Assembly (NCBI GenBank): GCA_049521775.1
Contig: JBEKOL010000002.1
Span: 63,942-127,941 of the forward strand
Reading direction: 5' to 3'
DNA from: Syntrophales bacterium
GTDB lineage: Bacteria > Desulfobacterota > Syntrophia > Syntrophales > UBA2185
Length of the DNA: 64,000 nt
Shown here one piece after another: positions 1 to 9,321 of this stretch (position 1 is the stretch's first letter; each line of letters starts with the position of its first letter). The notes under the pieces are model-generated. The model was not told the origin of the DNA. It searched no databases and saw nothing but the letters and a program-made list of their open reading frames with translations. The position numbers and the translations under genes are program-made.

Positions 1-704
1 TCGAATCGATTCTTCCTGTGGCCTGCGCTTTAGAGCTCATACATACATATTCTCTTATCCATGACGACCTTCCCGCCATGGACGACGATGACTACAGGAG
101 GGGAAGACGTACAAGCCACAAGGTTTTCGGTGAAAATATGGCCATTCTTGCCGGCGACGCTCTCTTGACGGAGGCTTTTCATCTGATGTCGGACAGGGTC
201 CTGATGGAAAAGCTCGCGCCGGAAAAATTGATTTCCGTGATCCACGACATTGCCGGGGCGGCAGGATACTTCGGCATGGTAGGAGGTCAGGTAGTTGATG
301 TACAGTCGGAGGGAGAAGCGGTTGAAACCGAAGTTCTTAATTTTATCCACACGCGTAAAACGGGAGCAATGATTACCGCCGCCGTTAAGGCAGGTGCCGT
401 ATTGGCAAATGCCGGTGAAGTTGAACTCAATGCCCTCACTGCATATGGCAGACACGTGGGCCTTGCCTTTCAGATAGCCGACGATATCCTGAACGTAGAG
501 GGGGACCAAAAATTAATGGGAAAAGGTACGGGGAGCGACACCAAGCGGGGCAAGGTAACTTACCCTGCCCTCGTGGGTATGGACACGTCCCGGAAAAAGG
601 CGGGAGAGCTTGTGGAAGATGCACTCTTCGCGATAAAGAACTTTAATCACAAGGCAGAGCCATTAAGGATGATTGCCGCGTATATCATAGAGAGAAGAGC
701 ATAA
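1..704 (+). CDS. ispA: (2E,6E)-farnesyl/geranylgeranyl diphosphate synthase, 5'-truncated by window edge
   Basis: The frame is open from nt 3, so the ORF-track Met at 18 is not the true start. Both Asp-rich motifs are present (LIHDDLPAMDDDDYRRG and FQIADDILN). It sits directly upstream of dxs, the common ispA-dxs arrangement. Confidence 0.9.
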   Translation, partial: ESILPVACALELIHTYSLIHDDLPAMDDDDYRRGRRTSHKVFGENMAILAGDALLTEAFHLMSDRVLMEKLAPEKLISVIHDIAGAAGYFGMVGGQVVDVQSEGEAVETEVLNFIHTRKTGAMITAAVKAGAVLANAGEVELNALTAYGRHVGLAFQIADDILNVEGDQKLMGKGTGSDTKRGKVTYPALVGMDTSRKKAGELVEDALFAIKNFNHKAEPLRMIAAYIIERRA

Positions 705-714
705 GGGAAAAATA

Positions 715-2613
715 ATGAGTGGAGAAGACATGAGCAGCATCCTTTCTGCAATCAATTTTCCTGAAGATATCAGGAGGCTCGATCTTGCCCAGTTGAACAG
801 ACTTGCCGGTGAGATAAGGGAAAAGATTATCGACGTCGTCTCCAGAAACGGCGGCCATCTTGCTTCATCTCTGGGCACGGTTGAATTGACGCTTGCTATT
901 CACTACGTATTTAATACACCCAGGGATAAAGTCATCTGGGATGTGGGACATCAGGCCTATGCCCATAAGATCATTACGGGCCGCAAGAACCTGTTCCACA
1001 CCTTAAGGACGAAAGGCGGAATCAGCGGTTTCCCTAGGAGGGAGGAGAGTCTGTATGATGTCTTCAATACGGGGCACAGCAGCACGTCCATATCTGCCGC
1101 GATAGGAATGGCCGAAGCAAGGTGCCTTAACGGGGGAGACTTTAAAATCCTTGCCGTAATCGGCGACGGTTCCATATCAGCAGGGATGGCCTTTGAAGCC
1201 CTGAATTGGGCGGGAGACCGCAGCAAGAATCTCATCATCATATTAAATGACAATGAGCTGTGCATCTCACCCAATGTGGGGGCCATGTCATCCTATCTTA
1301 ATCGCATCATGACGGGTCACACCGTCACAAGGTTCAAGACGGAGCTTAAGAACTTTCTGAAGTCTATTCCCTCCATTGGGGAACAGATGGTGAAGTTTAC
1401 GAAACAGGTGGAGGAATCACTGAAAGGTCTGGTTGTTCCCGGTGTCCTGTTTGAGGAACTGGGGTTCACTTATGTAGGGCCACTGGAAGGGCATCGACTC
1501 GATAATCTCATCAAGAACCTGAAAAACGTGAGAGAGTTGGAAGGCCCCGTCCTCGCGCACGTCATTACAAAAAAGGGACAGGGCTATAAATTTGCCGAAG
1601 ATAATCCGGCAAAGTTCCACGGCATTGCTCCATTTAAGATAGATACAGGCGAACCTGTTGATGAAGGCACTGCGCCTTTATCTTACACAAAAATGTTTGG
1701 CAGGACGATTATAAAACTGGCCCGCGACAATCCCCGGATTGTCGCCATTACAGCCGCCATGAGCGAAGGCACGGGCCTCGACGAGTTTGCCAGAGAATAT
1801 CCCGGGCGTTTCTATGATGTGGGCATGGCTGAACAGCACGGTGTGACCTTCGCTGCCGGACTCGCCACGAATGCCCTGATTCCGGTGGTGGCTATATATT
1901 CGACATTCCTGCAAAGGGCCTATGACCAGATACTCCACGACGTCTGTCTCCAGAAACTGCCGGTGGTGCTCGCTCTTGATCGGGGAGGCTTCGTGGGCGC
2001 CGATGGACCGACTCACCATGGACTCTTTGATTTTTCCTATCTCCGTTCCATTCCTAATATAATCGTGATGGCACCCAAGGACGAAAATGAACTCCAGCAT
2101 ATGCTTAAGACAGCAGTTGAGTGTGGGGGGCCTGTCTCAATAAGATATCCCCGCGGCAGGGGGGCTGGTGTGCCCGTCGATGATATTCCCGTGTCTCTTG
2201 CAGTTGGAAAAGGCGAAACTGTATATGAGGCCGAAAACGCGAATCTTGCCATCGTGGCCATAGGCTCTACTGTTTATCCTGCCATTGCTGCCGCGGCGAA
2301 ACTGCAGGCTGAAGGAATCAATGCGAGGGTCATCAATGCCCGTTTCGTCAAGCCCCTTGATGAAGTGCTGCTTTGCGATACCGCTAAGGCCATAAAGAGG
2401 ATAATCACTGTCGAAGAAAATGTCCTCATGGGCGGGTTCGGAAGCGCCGTTCTGGAATTGTTCGAAGAGAAGGGTATGCATGATATCATCGTGAAGAGAC
2501 TCGGCATCAAGGATAAATTCGTCGAACATGCCACACAGAAGGAATTGAGAAGGATGTGCGGCATTGACGAGGAGGGCATCATGGAAGCGGCGCGGTCTGT
2601 GATGGAGCCGTAA
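715..2613 (+). CDS. dxs: 1-deoxy-D-xylulose-5-phosphate synthase
   Basis: 632 aa. Has GHSSTSISAA, the TPP-binding motif GDGSISAGMAFEALN, and a transketolase-like pyrimidine-binding and C-terminal domain (MAEQHGVTFAAGLA). Confidence 0.95.
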   Translation: MSGEDMSSILSAINFPEDIRRLDLAQLNRLAGEIREKIIDVVSRNGGHLASSLGTVELTLAIHYVFNTPRDKVIWDVGHQAYAHKIITGRKNLFHTLRTKGGISGFPRREESLYDVFNTGHSSTSISAAIGMAEARCLNGGDFKILAVIGDGSISAGMAFEALNWAGDRSKNLIIILNDNELCISPNVGAMSSYLNRIMTGHTVTRFKTELKNFLKSIPSIGEQMVKFTKQVEESLKGLVVPGVLFEELGFTYVGPLEGHRLDNLIKNLKNVRELEGPVLAHVITKKGQGYKFAEDNPAKFHGIAPFKIDTGEPVDEGTAPLSYTKMFGRTIIKLARDNPRIVAITAAMSEGTGLDEFAREYPGRFYDVGMAEQHGVTFAAGLATNALIPVVAIYSTFLQRAYDQILHDVCLQKLPVVLALDRGGFVGADGPTHHGLFDFSYLRSIPNIIVMAPKDENELQHMLKTAVECGGPVSIRYPRGRGAGVPVDDIPVSLAVGKGETVYEAENANLAIVAIGSTVYPAIAAAAKLQAEGINARVINARFVKPLDEVLLCDTAKAIKRIITVEENVLMGGFGSAVLELFEEKGMHDIIVKRLGIKDKFVEHATQKELRRMCGIDEEGIMEAARSVMEP

Positions 2614-2625
2614 ACTTTTCAGCGC

Positions 2626-3372
2626 ATGAACAAGAAAATCAAGAAAATCAGATTGGACCTGCTGTTGGTGGATAGAGGTGTCTGCCAGACCCGCGAGAGA
2701 GCGAGGGCGCTGATTATGGCAGGCGCCGTGCTAGTGGGAGAGACCAAAACGGACAAGGCGGGCGCCCTCGTTTCCCCGGATGCAGAAATCAGGATAGAAG
2801 GGGAAGATAATCCATACGTCAGCAGGGGCGGATTGAAATTAAAAGGCGCCCTTACGGCGTTTGATATAAGTGTGAGAGACCTAGTTGCCCTTGATGTAGG
2901 CGCTTCCACCGGCGGATTCACTGATTGCCTTCTTCAGGAAGGGGCGCGAAAGGTATATGCCATTGATGTCGGTTATGGTCAGTTGGCGTGGAAGCTGCGG
3001 ACGGATGAACGGATAGCCAACCTCGAAAGGACGAACATAAGATATTTCGAAGGTTCGGAAATAAAGGACGGCATTGATCTGGCCACGATAGATGCGTCCT
3101 TCATTTCGCTCAGGATTGTCATCCCTGCCGTGCTCAGGCTGGTGAAGAAGAACGACGCAATCATGCTTGCCCTTATTAAACCTCAGTTTGAGGCAGGGCG
3201 CGATGAGATTGAAAAGCATGGCGTCATAAGAAATCCTGAGGTGCATGAAATGGTAATTGAGGGAATAAAGAAATTCTGCGCAGAATTAGGGCTGACAGTT
3301 ATGGGCGTCTGCGAATCCCCTCTCATAGGCCCCAAAGGCAACAGGGAGTTTTTTATTTATCTGAAAACGTAA
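2626..3372 (+). CDS. tlyA: TlyA-family rRNA 2'-O-methyltransferase (hemolysin A-like)
   Basis: S4-like N-terminus (IRLDLLLVDRG) followed by an FtsJ-type SAM-binding motif (LDVGASTGGFTDCLL). The 248 aa length is typical of the family. Confidence 0.9.
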   Translation: MNKKIKKIRLDLLLVDRGVCQTRERARALIMAGAVLVGETKTDKAGALVSPDAEIRIEGEDNPYVSRGGLKLKGALTAFDISVRDLVALDVGASTGGFTDCLLQEGARKVYAIDVGYGQLAWKLRTDERIANLERTNIRYFEGSEIKDGIDLATIDASFISLRIVIPAVLRLVKKNDAIMLALIKPQFEAGRDEIEKHGVIRNPEVHEMVIEGIKKFCAELGLTVMGVCESPLIGPKGNREFFIYLKT

Positions 3373-3469
3373 GAGAGCCATTAATGAGAGACATCTGAAA
3401 ATCATCTTCAGAAGTGCTCAAAATCTTTTTTCGGCCGAAATGTTAGTGGAGTAAGGTCTTGCAAGACAT

Positions 3470-5215
3470 ATGGGTGTTAAACTGGCCAAGACAGCGGGAT
3501 TTTGCATGGGTGTGAGAAGGGCGGTCGATCTCGTTCTTGATATTGCCCAGCGCAAAGGAAAAGAAGACATCTATACGTATGGCCCCCTTATTCACAATCC
3601 CCAGACTGTTGAACTACTGAGGACGAAGGGGATTATTCCGGTAAGTGATATCGACGATATTGATGCATCCGGTAAAAGCGCCACGATCATAATCAGGGCC
3701 CACGGCATATCACCGGAGGAGAGAAATAAGATCAGGGAGAGAGGAATCAAGATCGTTGATGCCACCTGTCCTAAAGTGGCTCATGTCCAGGCTATTATCA
3801 AGAAGCACGCATCATCGAACTATGCGGTTCTCATCATCGGTGACAGGGAACACCCGGAGGTCAATGGTCTTCTGGGGTATGCCTGCGGCAATGGCTTCGT
3901 TATCGGCAGCGCGGCAGAGGTTGTTAATCTTCCGCTCCTGGATAAGGTGTGTGTAGTTGCTCAGACCACGCAGAATACGGACGACTTTATTAACATTGTG
4001 GAGAAGATCAAGACGAGGTTTCCAGACGCTGTGATTTTCGATACTATTTGCGATTCCACGGAAAAGAGGCAGTCGGAAGTTAAGGCTCTGGCCGCAGATA
4101 TGGATGCCGTATTTATAGTCGGTGGCAGGAACAGTGCAAACACCAAACGGCTGGTCAGAATTTCACAGCTTGAGTGCAAGCCGACGTTTCACATCGAGAC
4201 TGCAGGTGAATTAATTAATATACCTTCAAACCAGTATGAGAAGATAGGTATTTCCGCAGGCGCATCGACGCCCAACTGGATAATTAACCAGGTTTTTGAC
4301 GCTGTTTCAAGCCATCAGGATGAGAAACAGAGGCAGGTAAAAAGGCTGTTCAACTTCTGGGTATTCGCAGTCAAGACGGAAATCTATTCTGCTATGGGAG
4401 CAGGATGTCTGTCTTTTGCAAGCATGCTCTTGCAGAGACTCCCTGTGAATATATTGAATATTCTGACAACGTCCCTTTATGTATATGCCATGCATACACT
4501 CAATCGCCTCATCAACAGAAAAACGAGCACCATCATCGGATCATTCCGGGAGGAATCTTATCTCAAACACGAAAAGGCTTATATATCGACAGCAGCAGTG
4601 TCTCTGGTTCTGGCCCTGACCATTTCCTTCATTGCAGGCTTGAATGCCTTTATATTGCTTTTCTTGATTTCCATTTTTGGCGTGCTTTATAATACGAAAA
4701 TACTGCCAGGGAACCTGCGTTTCAAGAGTCTTAAAGACCTGCCTGGTTCCAAGAACATTTTCATGGCCATGGCCTGGGCAGCCGTTGTGGCAGTGCTGCC
4801 GCAGTTCGAAATCAGTCTCTCCGCTACTGCCGGCATGGTTGTGGCTTTCCTCTTCACCTTCGGCATTGTCTTCGTCCGTTCAGCCATATCCGATATCCTG
4901 GATATCCAGAGCGACAGGCTCATCGGTCGCGAGACGATACCTGTTCTGATAGGCAAGAAATCCACACAGGTTCTGTTGCAAGGGATACTCGTTTTGCTGG
5001 TCATTTTGCTCAGCGTATCCCATACCTTAGGGTGGACTCCATCACTGAGCTTTGCACTCCTGGTGTGCGTATTTTTTATGTGGATTTATTTCAGGTTTTA
5101 TGTTAGAAGGGCGGCATTTTCCGGCGTTGTTCAAGAGGGTATTCTCGAAACCAGCTATATCATAGCTGGCATAAGTTCCCTGGCTTGGCTTTGCCTGACA
5201 AGGTATCTGGGCTGA
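3470..5215 (+). CDS. ispH: 4-hydroxy-3-methylbut-2-enyl diphosphate reductase (IspH/LytB) fused to a C-terminal ~9-TM UbiA-superfamily prenyltransferase-like domain
   Basis: A single 581-codon ORF. The N-terminal ~285 aa is a full IspH with its three Cys ligand contexts (GFCMGV, DATCPKV, DTICDST) plus SANTKRL. The C-terminal ~290 aa is hydrophobic and carries DILDIQSDRLIGRETIPVLIG, the second UbiA Asp-rich signature. Confidence 0.85.
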   Translation: MGVKLAKTAGFCMGVRRAVDLVLDIAQRKGKEDIYTYGPLIHNPQTVELLRTKGIIPVSDIDDIDASGKSATIIIRAHGISPEERNKIRERGIKIVDATCPKVAHVQAIIKKHASSNYAVLIIGDREHPEVNGLLGYACGNGFVIGSAAEVVNLPLLDKVCVVAQTTQNTDDFINIVEKIKTRFPDAVIFDTICDSTEKRQSEVKALAADMDAVFIVGGRNSANTKRLVRISQLECKPTFHIETAGELINIPSNQYEKIGISAGASTPNWIINQVFDAVSSHQDEKQRQVKRLFNFWVFAVKTEIYSAMGAGCLSFASMLLQRLPVNILNILTTSLYVYAMHTLNRLINRKTSTIIGSFREESYLKHEKAYISTAAVSLVLALTISFIAGLNAFILLFLISIFGVLYNTKILPGNLRFKSLKDLPGSKNIFMAMAWAAVVAVLPQFEISLSATAGMVVAFLFTFGIVFVRSAISDILDIQSDRLIGRETIPVLIGKKSTQVLLQGILVLLVILLSVSHTLGWTPSLSFALLVCVFFMWIYFRFYVRRAAFSGVVQEGILETSYIIAGISSLAWLCLTRYLG

Positions 5216-5238
5216 ATAATGACGCAGGGGCGGATATT

Positions 5239-5829
5239 GTGACGAGAAAGACATTTCTTTTGCCTGTAACGATGCTTCTGCTGCTTGCGCTTATCGGCTG
5301 CGCAGGAATCCGCTATTCCCAGGTCTCCCCGGAAGCAAAGGATTTCAATCCCAAGAGAATCGGAGTATTTCCGGTCGATGTGGGGACATATGAAGAGGCA
5401 AGGGGCGTAATTGACCAGATCATCGCTGGTGTGCTCATTGATACAAAGTGGTTTACTGATGTTGTTGCTGCAGATGTAATAAGCAAGCAGATGCAATCCA
5501 ACGAGGAGCTTCGGAAAGTGGTCCTCGATTATATGTCCAAACTGAAAGCAGTCAGCTATTCCGATCCTGATCTCAGTCGCAAGCTCGGCGAAATGATAAA
5601 AGTCGATGCCTTCCTGTTGGCCAACGTCGACTACTGGAATTACACCAAAGAAAACGATGACAAGGTGGCCCAAATAGTCATGGGCGTCAAAATGATCGAT
5701 GCAGCTTCCGGCAAAACAATGTGGATTGCCGGGCATCATGAAGTGGAGGCCTATATACTTATGAAACCTGCCCTTCCTGATGTTGCAAAGAGCCTCGTCA
5801 AAAGGATGATAAAAGAGATGCCCCATTAG
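5239..5829 (+). CDS. putative lipoprotein
   Basis: I prefer the GTG at 5239 over the ORF-track start at 5185, which overlaps ispH by 31 nt. The N-terminus VTRKTFLLPVTMLLLLALIGC reads as a signal peptide with a lipobox (LIGC). No family was recognised. Confidence 0.6.
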   Translation: MTRKTFLLPVTMLLLLALIGCAGIRYSQVSPEAKDFNPKRIGVFPVDVGTYEEARGVIDQIIAGVLIDTKWFTDVVAADVISKQMQSNEELRKVVLDYMSKLKAVSYSDPDLSRKLGEMIKVDAFLLANVDYWNYTKENDDKVAQIVMGVKMIDAASGKTMWIAGHHEVEAYILMKPALPDVAKSLVKRMIKEMPH

Positions 5830-5920
5830 GTTCCCGGGGCGCCCATAAAGAGACCAGGGGCAAACTTTTTTTACCGTCTACAGCTTGCCCTTGATGCTGT
5901 TAGTGAATGGAGGTTATGTA

Positions 5921-6145
5921 ATGAAAGAAGAAGTGCGCAGTGCAATAGAGCGTATCCGGCCCAATCTGCAGGCAGACGGCGGTGATGTTGAGCTTGTCGA
6001 TGTGGATGATGAAGGTATTGTTAAAGTGAAACTTCTGGGAGCATGCCGCGGCTGTCCCATGTCGCAAATGACCCTGAAAATGGGGATACAGAAATATTTG
6101 CAGAAGGAAGTTCCGGGAGTAAAAGACGTCGTTTCCGTGACGTAA
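5921..6145 (+). CDS. NifU/Nfu-type Fe-S cluster assembly domain protein
   Basis: LQADGGDVELVDVDDEGIVKVKLLGACRGCPMSQMTL is the classic NifU C-terminal CxxC domain. The ATG at 5921 follows a GGAGG RBS; the ORF-track TTG at 5885 is less likely. Confidence 0.85.
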   Translation: MKEEVRSAIERIRPNLQADGGDVELVDVDDEGIVKVKLLGACRGCPMSQMTLKMGIQKYLQKEVPGVKDVVSVT

Positions 6146-6170
6146 ATTTTAAGAAAAGGCCTTTATCTAA

Positions 6171-6383
<213 letters not shown>

Positions 6384-6411
6384 AGCCAAACCCAGCATCG
6401 GAGATCGAAAG

Positions 6412-6464
6412 GGGAAGCCATCCGCCTTGGTCAAGGGCGGATGGCTTCCCTTTGTCTGTTTTTA
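6412..6464 (+). terminator. rho-independent terminator after fdx
   Basis: A perfect 15-bp stem, GGGAAGCCATCCGCC (6412-6426) pairing with GGCGGATGGCTTCCC (6436-6450). The loop is 9 nt and is followed by TTTGTCTGTTTTT. Confidence 0.9.
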
Positions 6465-6494
6465 CTGATGCCCTTCCATTGAACGACTTCCGCT

Positions 6495-6576
6495 TGTCAT
6501 TTCGACCGAAAGTAGAAATCCTGCAACCCATTTACAGCCGGCAGTATTTCTCGTCGCTTTTCTCCTCGGATTGACA
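6495..6576. repeat. degenerate copy of the TTGTCATTTCG...CGAAATGACA nested-hairpin element
   Basis: The left arm CTTGTCATTTCGACCGAAAGTAGAAATC closely matches the left arm of the 50370 copy. The right arm is decayed (ATTTCT...TCGGATTGACA). The overlapping ORF-track entries 6344..6574 and 6462..6653 are translations of this repeat. Confidence 0.55.
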
Positions 6577-6624
6577 TAAAATACATGCTTCTGCATTGAA
6601 AATTCTCCGGTTGAGAGTGTCACT

Positions 6625-7314
6625 ATGGAACGATTTATTACCTTTGAAGGCATCGAAGGTTGTGGGAAATCAACTCAGATTAAGTTCGCCGGAGGATATC
6701 TCAAACAGCTCCGTATACCTTTTATCATTACAGAAGAGCCGGGAGGAACACCCATCGGGATAAAGATCAGAGAGATGCTCCTGAATAATGTCCCGCGTGA
6801 TACAGCGAACATGTCCTCCGAGACCGAACTTCTTCTCTTCACCGCGGCCAGGGCACAACATATTAGAGAGGTAATTGGGCCCGCCATGAAGGAAGGAAGA
6901 GTGGTCTTGTGTGACAGGTTTTCTGATGCAACGATTGCCTACCAGGGTTTCGGCAGAGGTTTGGATATCGACTTTATCAGACGCATCAATGACTTTTCCT
7001 CGGCTGGTCTGAAACCGCACTTCACACTTCTTTTTGATCTGCCGGTTGAGACGGGTCTAAGAAGGGCCATGGAAAGAATATCCAGCAATAAGGGGATGCC
7101 GGCGGAAGATCGATTTGAAAGAGAGGCGCTGGAGTTTCACAGTAGAGTAAGGGAGGGCTATTTATCCCTTGCGGGAAACGAACCTGAGCGATTTCGAATC
7201 ATTGATGCTTCAAAAGATATCGAATCTGTCCATCGGGAAGTCTGCGTCCATCTACTGCAATTCATAAATGAGAAACTCTGTGCGCAAGATTCCAAAACAA
7301 CACTAAAATTCTAA
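6625..7314 (+). CDS. tmk: thymidylate kinase
   Basis: P-loop FITFEGIEGCGKSTQ, a DRFSDATIAYQG segment, and typical length. Confidence 0.92.
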   Translation: MERFITFEGIEGCGKSTQIKFAGGYLKQLRIPFIITEEPGGTPIGIKIREMLLNNVPRDTANMSSETELLLFTAARAQHIREVIGPAMKEGRVVLCDRFSDATIAYQGFGRGLDIDFIRRINDFSSAGLKPHFTLLFDLPVETGLRRAMERISSNKGMPAEDRFEREALEFHSRVREGYLSLAGNEPERFRIIDASKDIESVHREVCVHLLQFINEKLCAQDSKTTLKF

Positions 7315-7383
7315 TGGTTAAACCTATTGGATTTTTAATATGAGAATTTCTGTATTCTTCAGGTTTAAGAAAAGGTTGGCTGC

Positions 7384-8373
7384 ATGTCTTTCAAAGACGT
7401 TTATGGTCATGAAAAACAGATAAAGGTCCTTCAAACGGCGATGGCACGGAATCGTATTCCCCATGCATATCTTTTTTACGGCGCGGAAGGTGTCGGAAAA
7501 AGGACCGTGGCGGAGGTATTTGCCAAGGCGCTGAATTGTACTTCCGGGAGGAACAGCCTCGATGCGTGCGATGCATGTTCTTCCTGCCTGAAGATAGATC
7601 ACGGAAATCACCCCGATGTCATTACGATAAGAGCTCAAGGACAATCAATAAGAATACAGGAAATCAGAGAACTCCAGGAGCAGATGAAATTCAGCCCCCT
7701 TGAAGGAGGAAAGCGAATTTTTATCATCGTAGATGCTGACAGGATGAATATCGCTTCTGCTAATGCAATCCTGAAAACACTCGAAGAGCCCTCGGCATCA
7801 AATATATTGGTGTTGCTCACTTCACGCCCCCATCAGCTTCCTGCCACCGTTCTATCCAGGTGCCAGCACTTGAGGTTTAATCCACTCAGGCGGGAAACCG
7901 TTGCTTCGTTCTTAGAGGAAAAATCATCACTCGACCATAAATCGGCCCAACTGATTGCCTTATCGTCGGGCGGAAGCATCGGGAGGGCCCGGGCAATGAA
8001 TGATGAGTCGTATCTGACAACGAGGGCGACAGTCCTTGATGTAATTGCACGGATCAAAACGAAAGAGCCCCTCAAAATTTTGTCCGCTCTCAACGATTTT
8101 GGACAGGAAAGAAAGGATATTATGGAAAGGCTCGGCATCTTAATGACCGGTTATAGGGATGCTTTGGTGTATAAGGAAACCGGCGATCGAGACAGTCTTA
8201 TCAATCAGGATTATATTGATATCATAAAGTCTGTTGCCGAGAGTGAATCGGGCCGCAATATTGTGAGCTGCATAAGAGCTGTGGATAGGGCATTACATAC
8301 ACTAAACCAGAATGCCAATAAACAATTGACTTTAGAGGTCATGATGTTTACACTTGGCAGGTATCGTGAATAA
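7384..8373 (+). CDS. holB: DNA polymerase III subunit delta'
   Basis: HAYLFYGAEGVGKRTVA (AAA+ Walker A-like), a Zn module CDACSSCLKIDHGNHPDV, and SRC (LSRCQHLRF). Sits after tmk, the usual synteny. Confidence 0.9.
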   Translation: MSFKDVYGHEKQIKVLQTAMARNRIPHAYLFYGAEGVGKRTVAEVFAKALNCTSGRNSLDACDACSSCLKIDHGNHPDVITIRAQGQSIRIQEIRELQEQMKFSPLEGGKRIFIIVDADRMNIASANAILKTLEEPSASNILVLLTSRPHQLPATVLSRCQHLRFNPLRRETVASFLEEKSSLDHKSAQLIALSSGGSIGRARAMNDESYLTTRATVLDVIARIKTKEPLKILSALNDFGQERKDIMERLGILMTGYRDALVYKETGDRDSLINQDYIDIIKSVAESESGRNIVSCIRAVDRALHTLNQNANKQLTLEVMMFTLGRYRE

Positions 8374-8476
8374 TTGCTTTTTCTGCCGTTACACAGGCGG
8401 CAGCATCCAACCGGGAGACAAATGGGTAATAGCTGATTAAGGCCAGTTCGAGCATCGGGAAAAGGAGCAAGTAAAT

Positions 8477-9265
8477 CTGAAAAATATCGTCGGCATAAAG
8501 TTTCGCAAAGATGGAAAGATATTCAACTTTGAAGCTGCTGATCTCCAACTTGCAAAAAACGATCAGGTTATCGTCAATACGGAAAACGGCATGTCTTGGG
8601 GTACAGTTATTACTCCAGTGACGCCTGTGCCGATTAATAAACTACCGAATGGTCTCAAGAGCGTCGTCCGCAAGGTTACAGAGGAAGATTTCAGAATCAA
8701 GAAAGAGAATGAAACCCTGGAACAGGAGTCCCGCCAATTCTGCCTGGAGAAAATTAAGGCACGGGATCTTCCCATGAAGCTGATTGACGTGGAATGTCTC
8801 TTCGATAAGAGCCAGGTAGTATTTTATTTCACAGCGGAAAGCCGGGTTGATTTCCGTGAATTGGTAAAGGATCTGGTTCAACAGTTCAAGATGAGGATTG
8901 AGTTAAGGCAGATTGGCGCCCGTCATGAAGCCCGGATGATAAAGGGTCTGGGGATTTGCGGCAGGGAAGTATGTTGCGCGAATTCGATCCCCAATCTGGA
9001 CCGGGTATCCGTCAAGATGGCCAAAGAACAAAGTGTGTCCCTGAATCCGGAAAAAATTTCAGGACTCTGTGGGAGATTGATGTGTTGTCTGGCCTTTGAA
9101 TTTGAAGGGTATCAGGATATGAAAAGACACGTACCAAAGTGCGGCAAGGTCATAAATGCTCCTGAAGGGCGCGGCAAGATCATAAGGCAAAATATCCTTA
9201 AAGGTGAAATAGTTATCGAGCTGGAAAGCGGTAAAGAGATTACAGTGAATATAAAAGACTTGTAG
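8477..9265 (+). CDS. PSP1 domain protein (YaaT/RicT-like)
   Basis: A PSP1 C-terminal domain is recognisable (KMRIELRQIGARHEARMIKGLGICGREVCC). The frame is open from 8441, and the conserved N-terminus (IVGIKFRKDGKIFNFEA) lies upstream of the first ATG at 8591. The proposed start is CTG 8477, 9 nt after AAAGGAG; the start itself is uncertain. Confidence 0.8.
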   Translation: MKNIVGIKFRKDGKIFNFEAADLQLAKNDQVIVNTENGMSWGTVITPVTPVPINKLPNGLKSVVRKVTEEDFRIKKENETLEQESRQFCLEKIKARDLPMKLIDVECLFDKSQVVFYFTAESRVDFRELVKDLVQQFKMRIELRQIGARHEARMIKGLGICGREVCCANSIPNLDRVSVKMAKEQSVSLNPEKISGLCGRLMCCLAFEFEGYQDMKRHVPKCGKVINAPEGRGKIIRQNILKGEIVIELESGKEITVNIKDL

Positions 9266-9321
9266 CTCTCGGATTTTACAGATCTCTGTTGATGCCGGCG
9301 GCTATTTAAAAGAGAGACGTA

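Noticed and set aside
5155-5826. 223-aa minus-strand ORF opposite the lipoprotein gene
   Set aside because: It has no signal or motif, and it overlaps the end of ispH. The plus-strand ORF has a textbook lipoprotein signal peptide. I kept the plus-strand call at moderate confidence.
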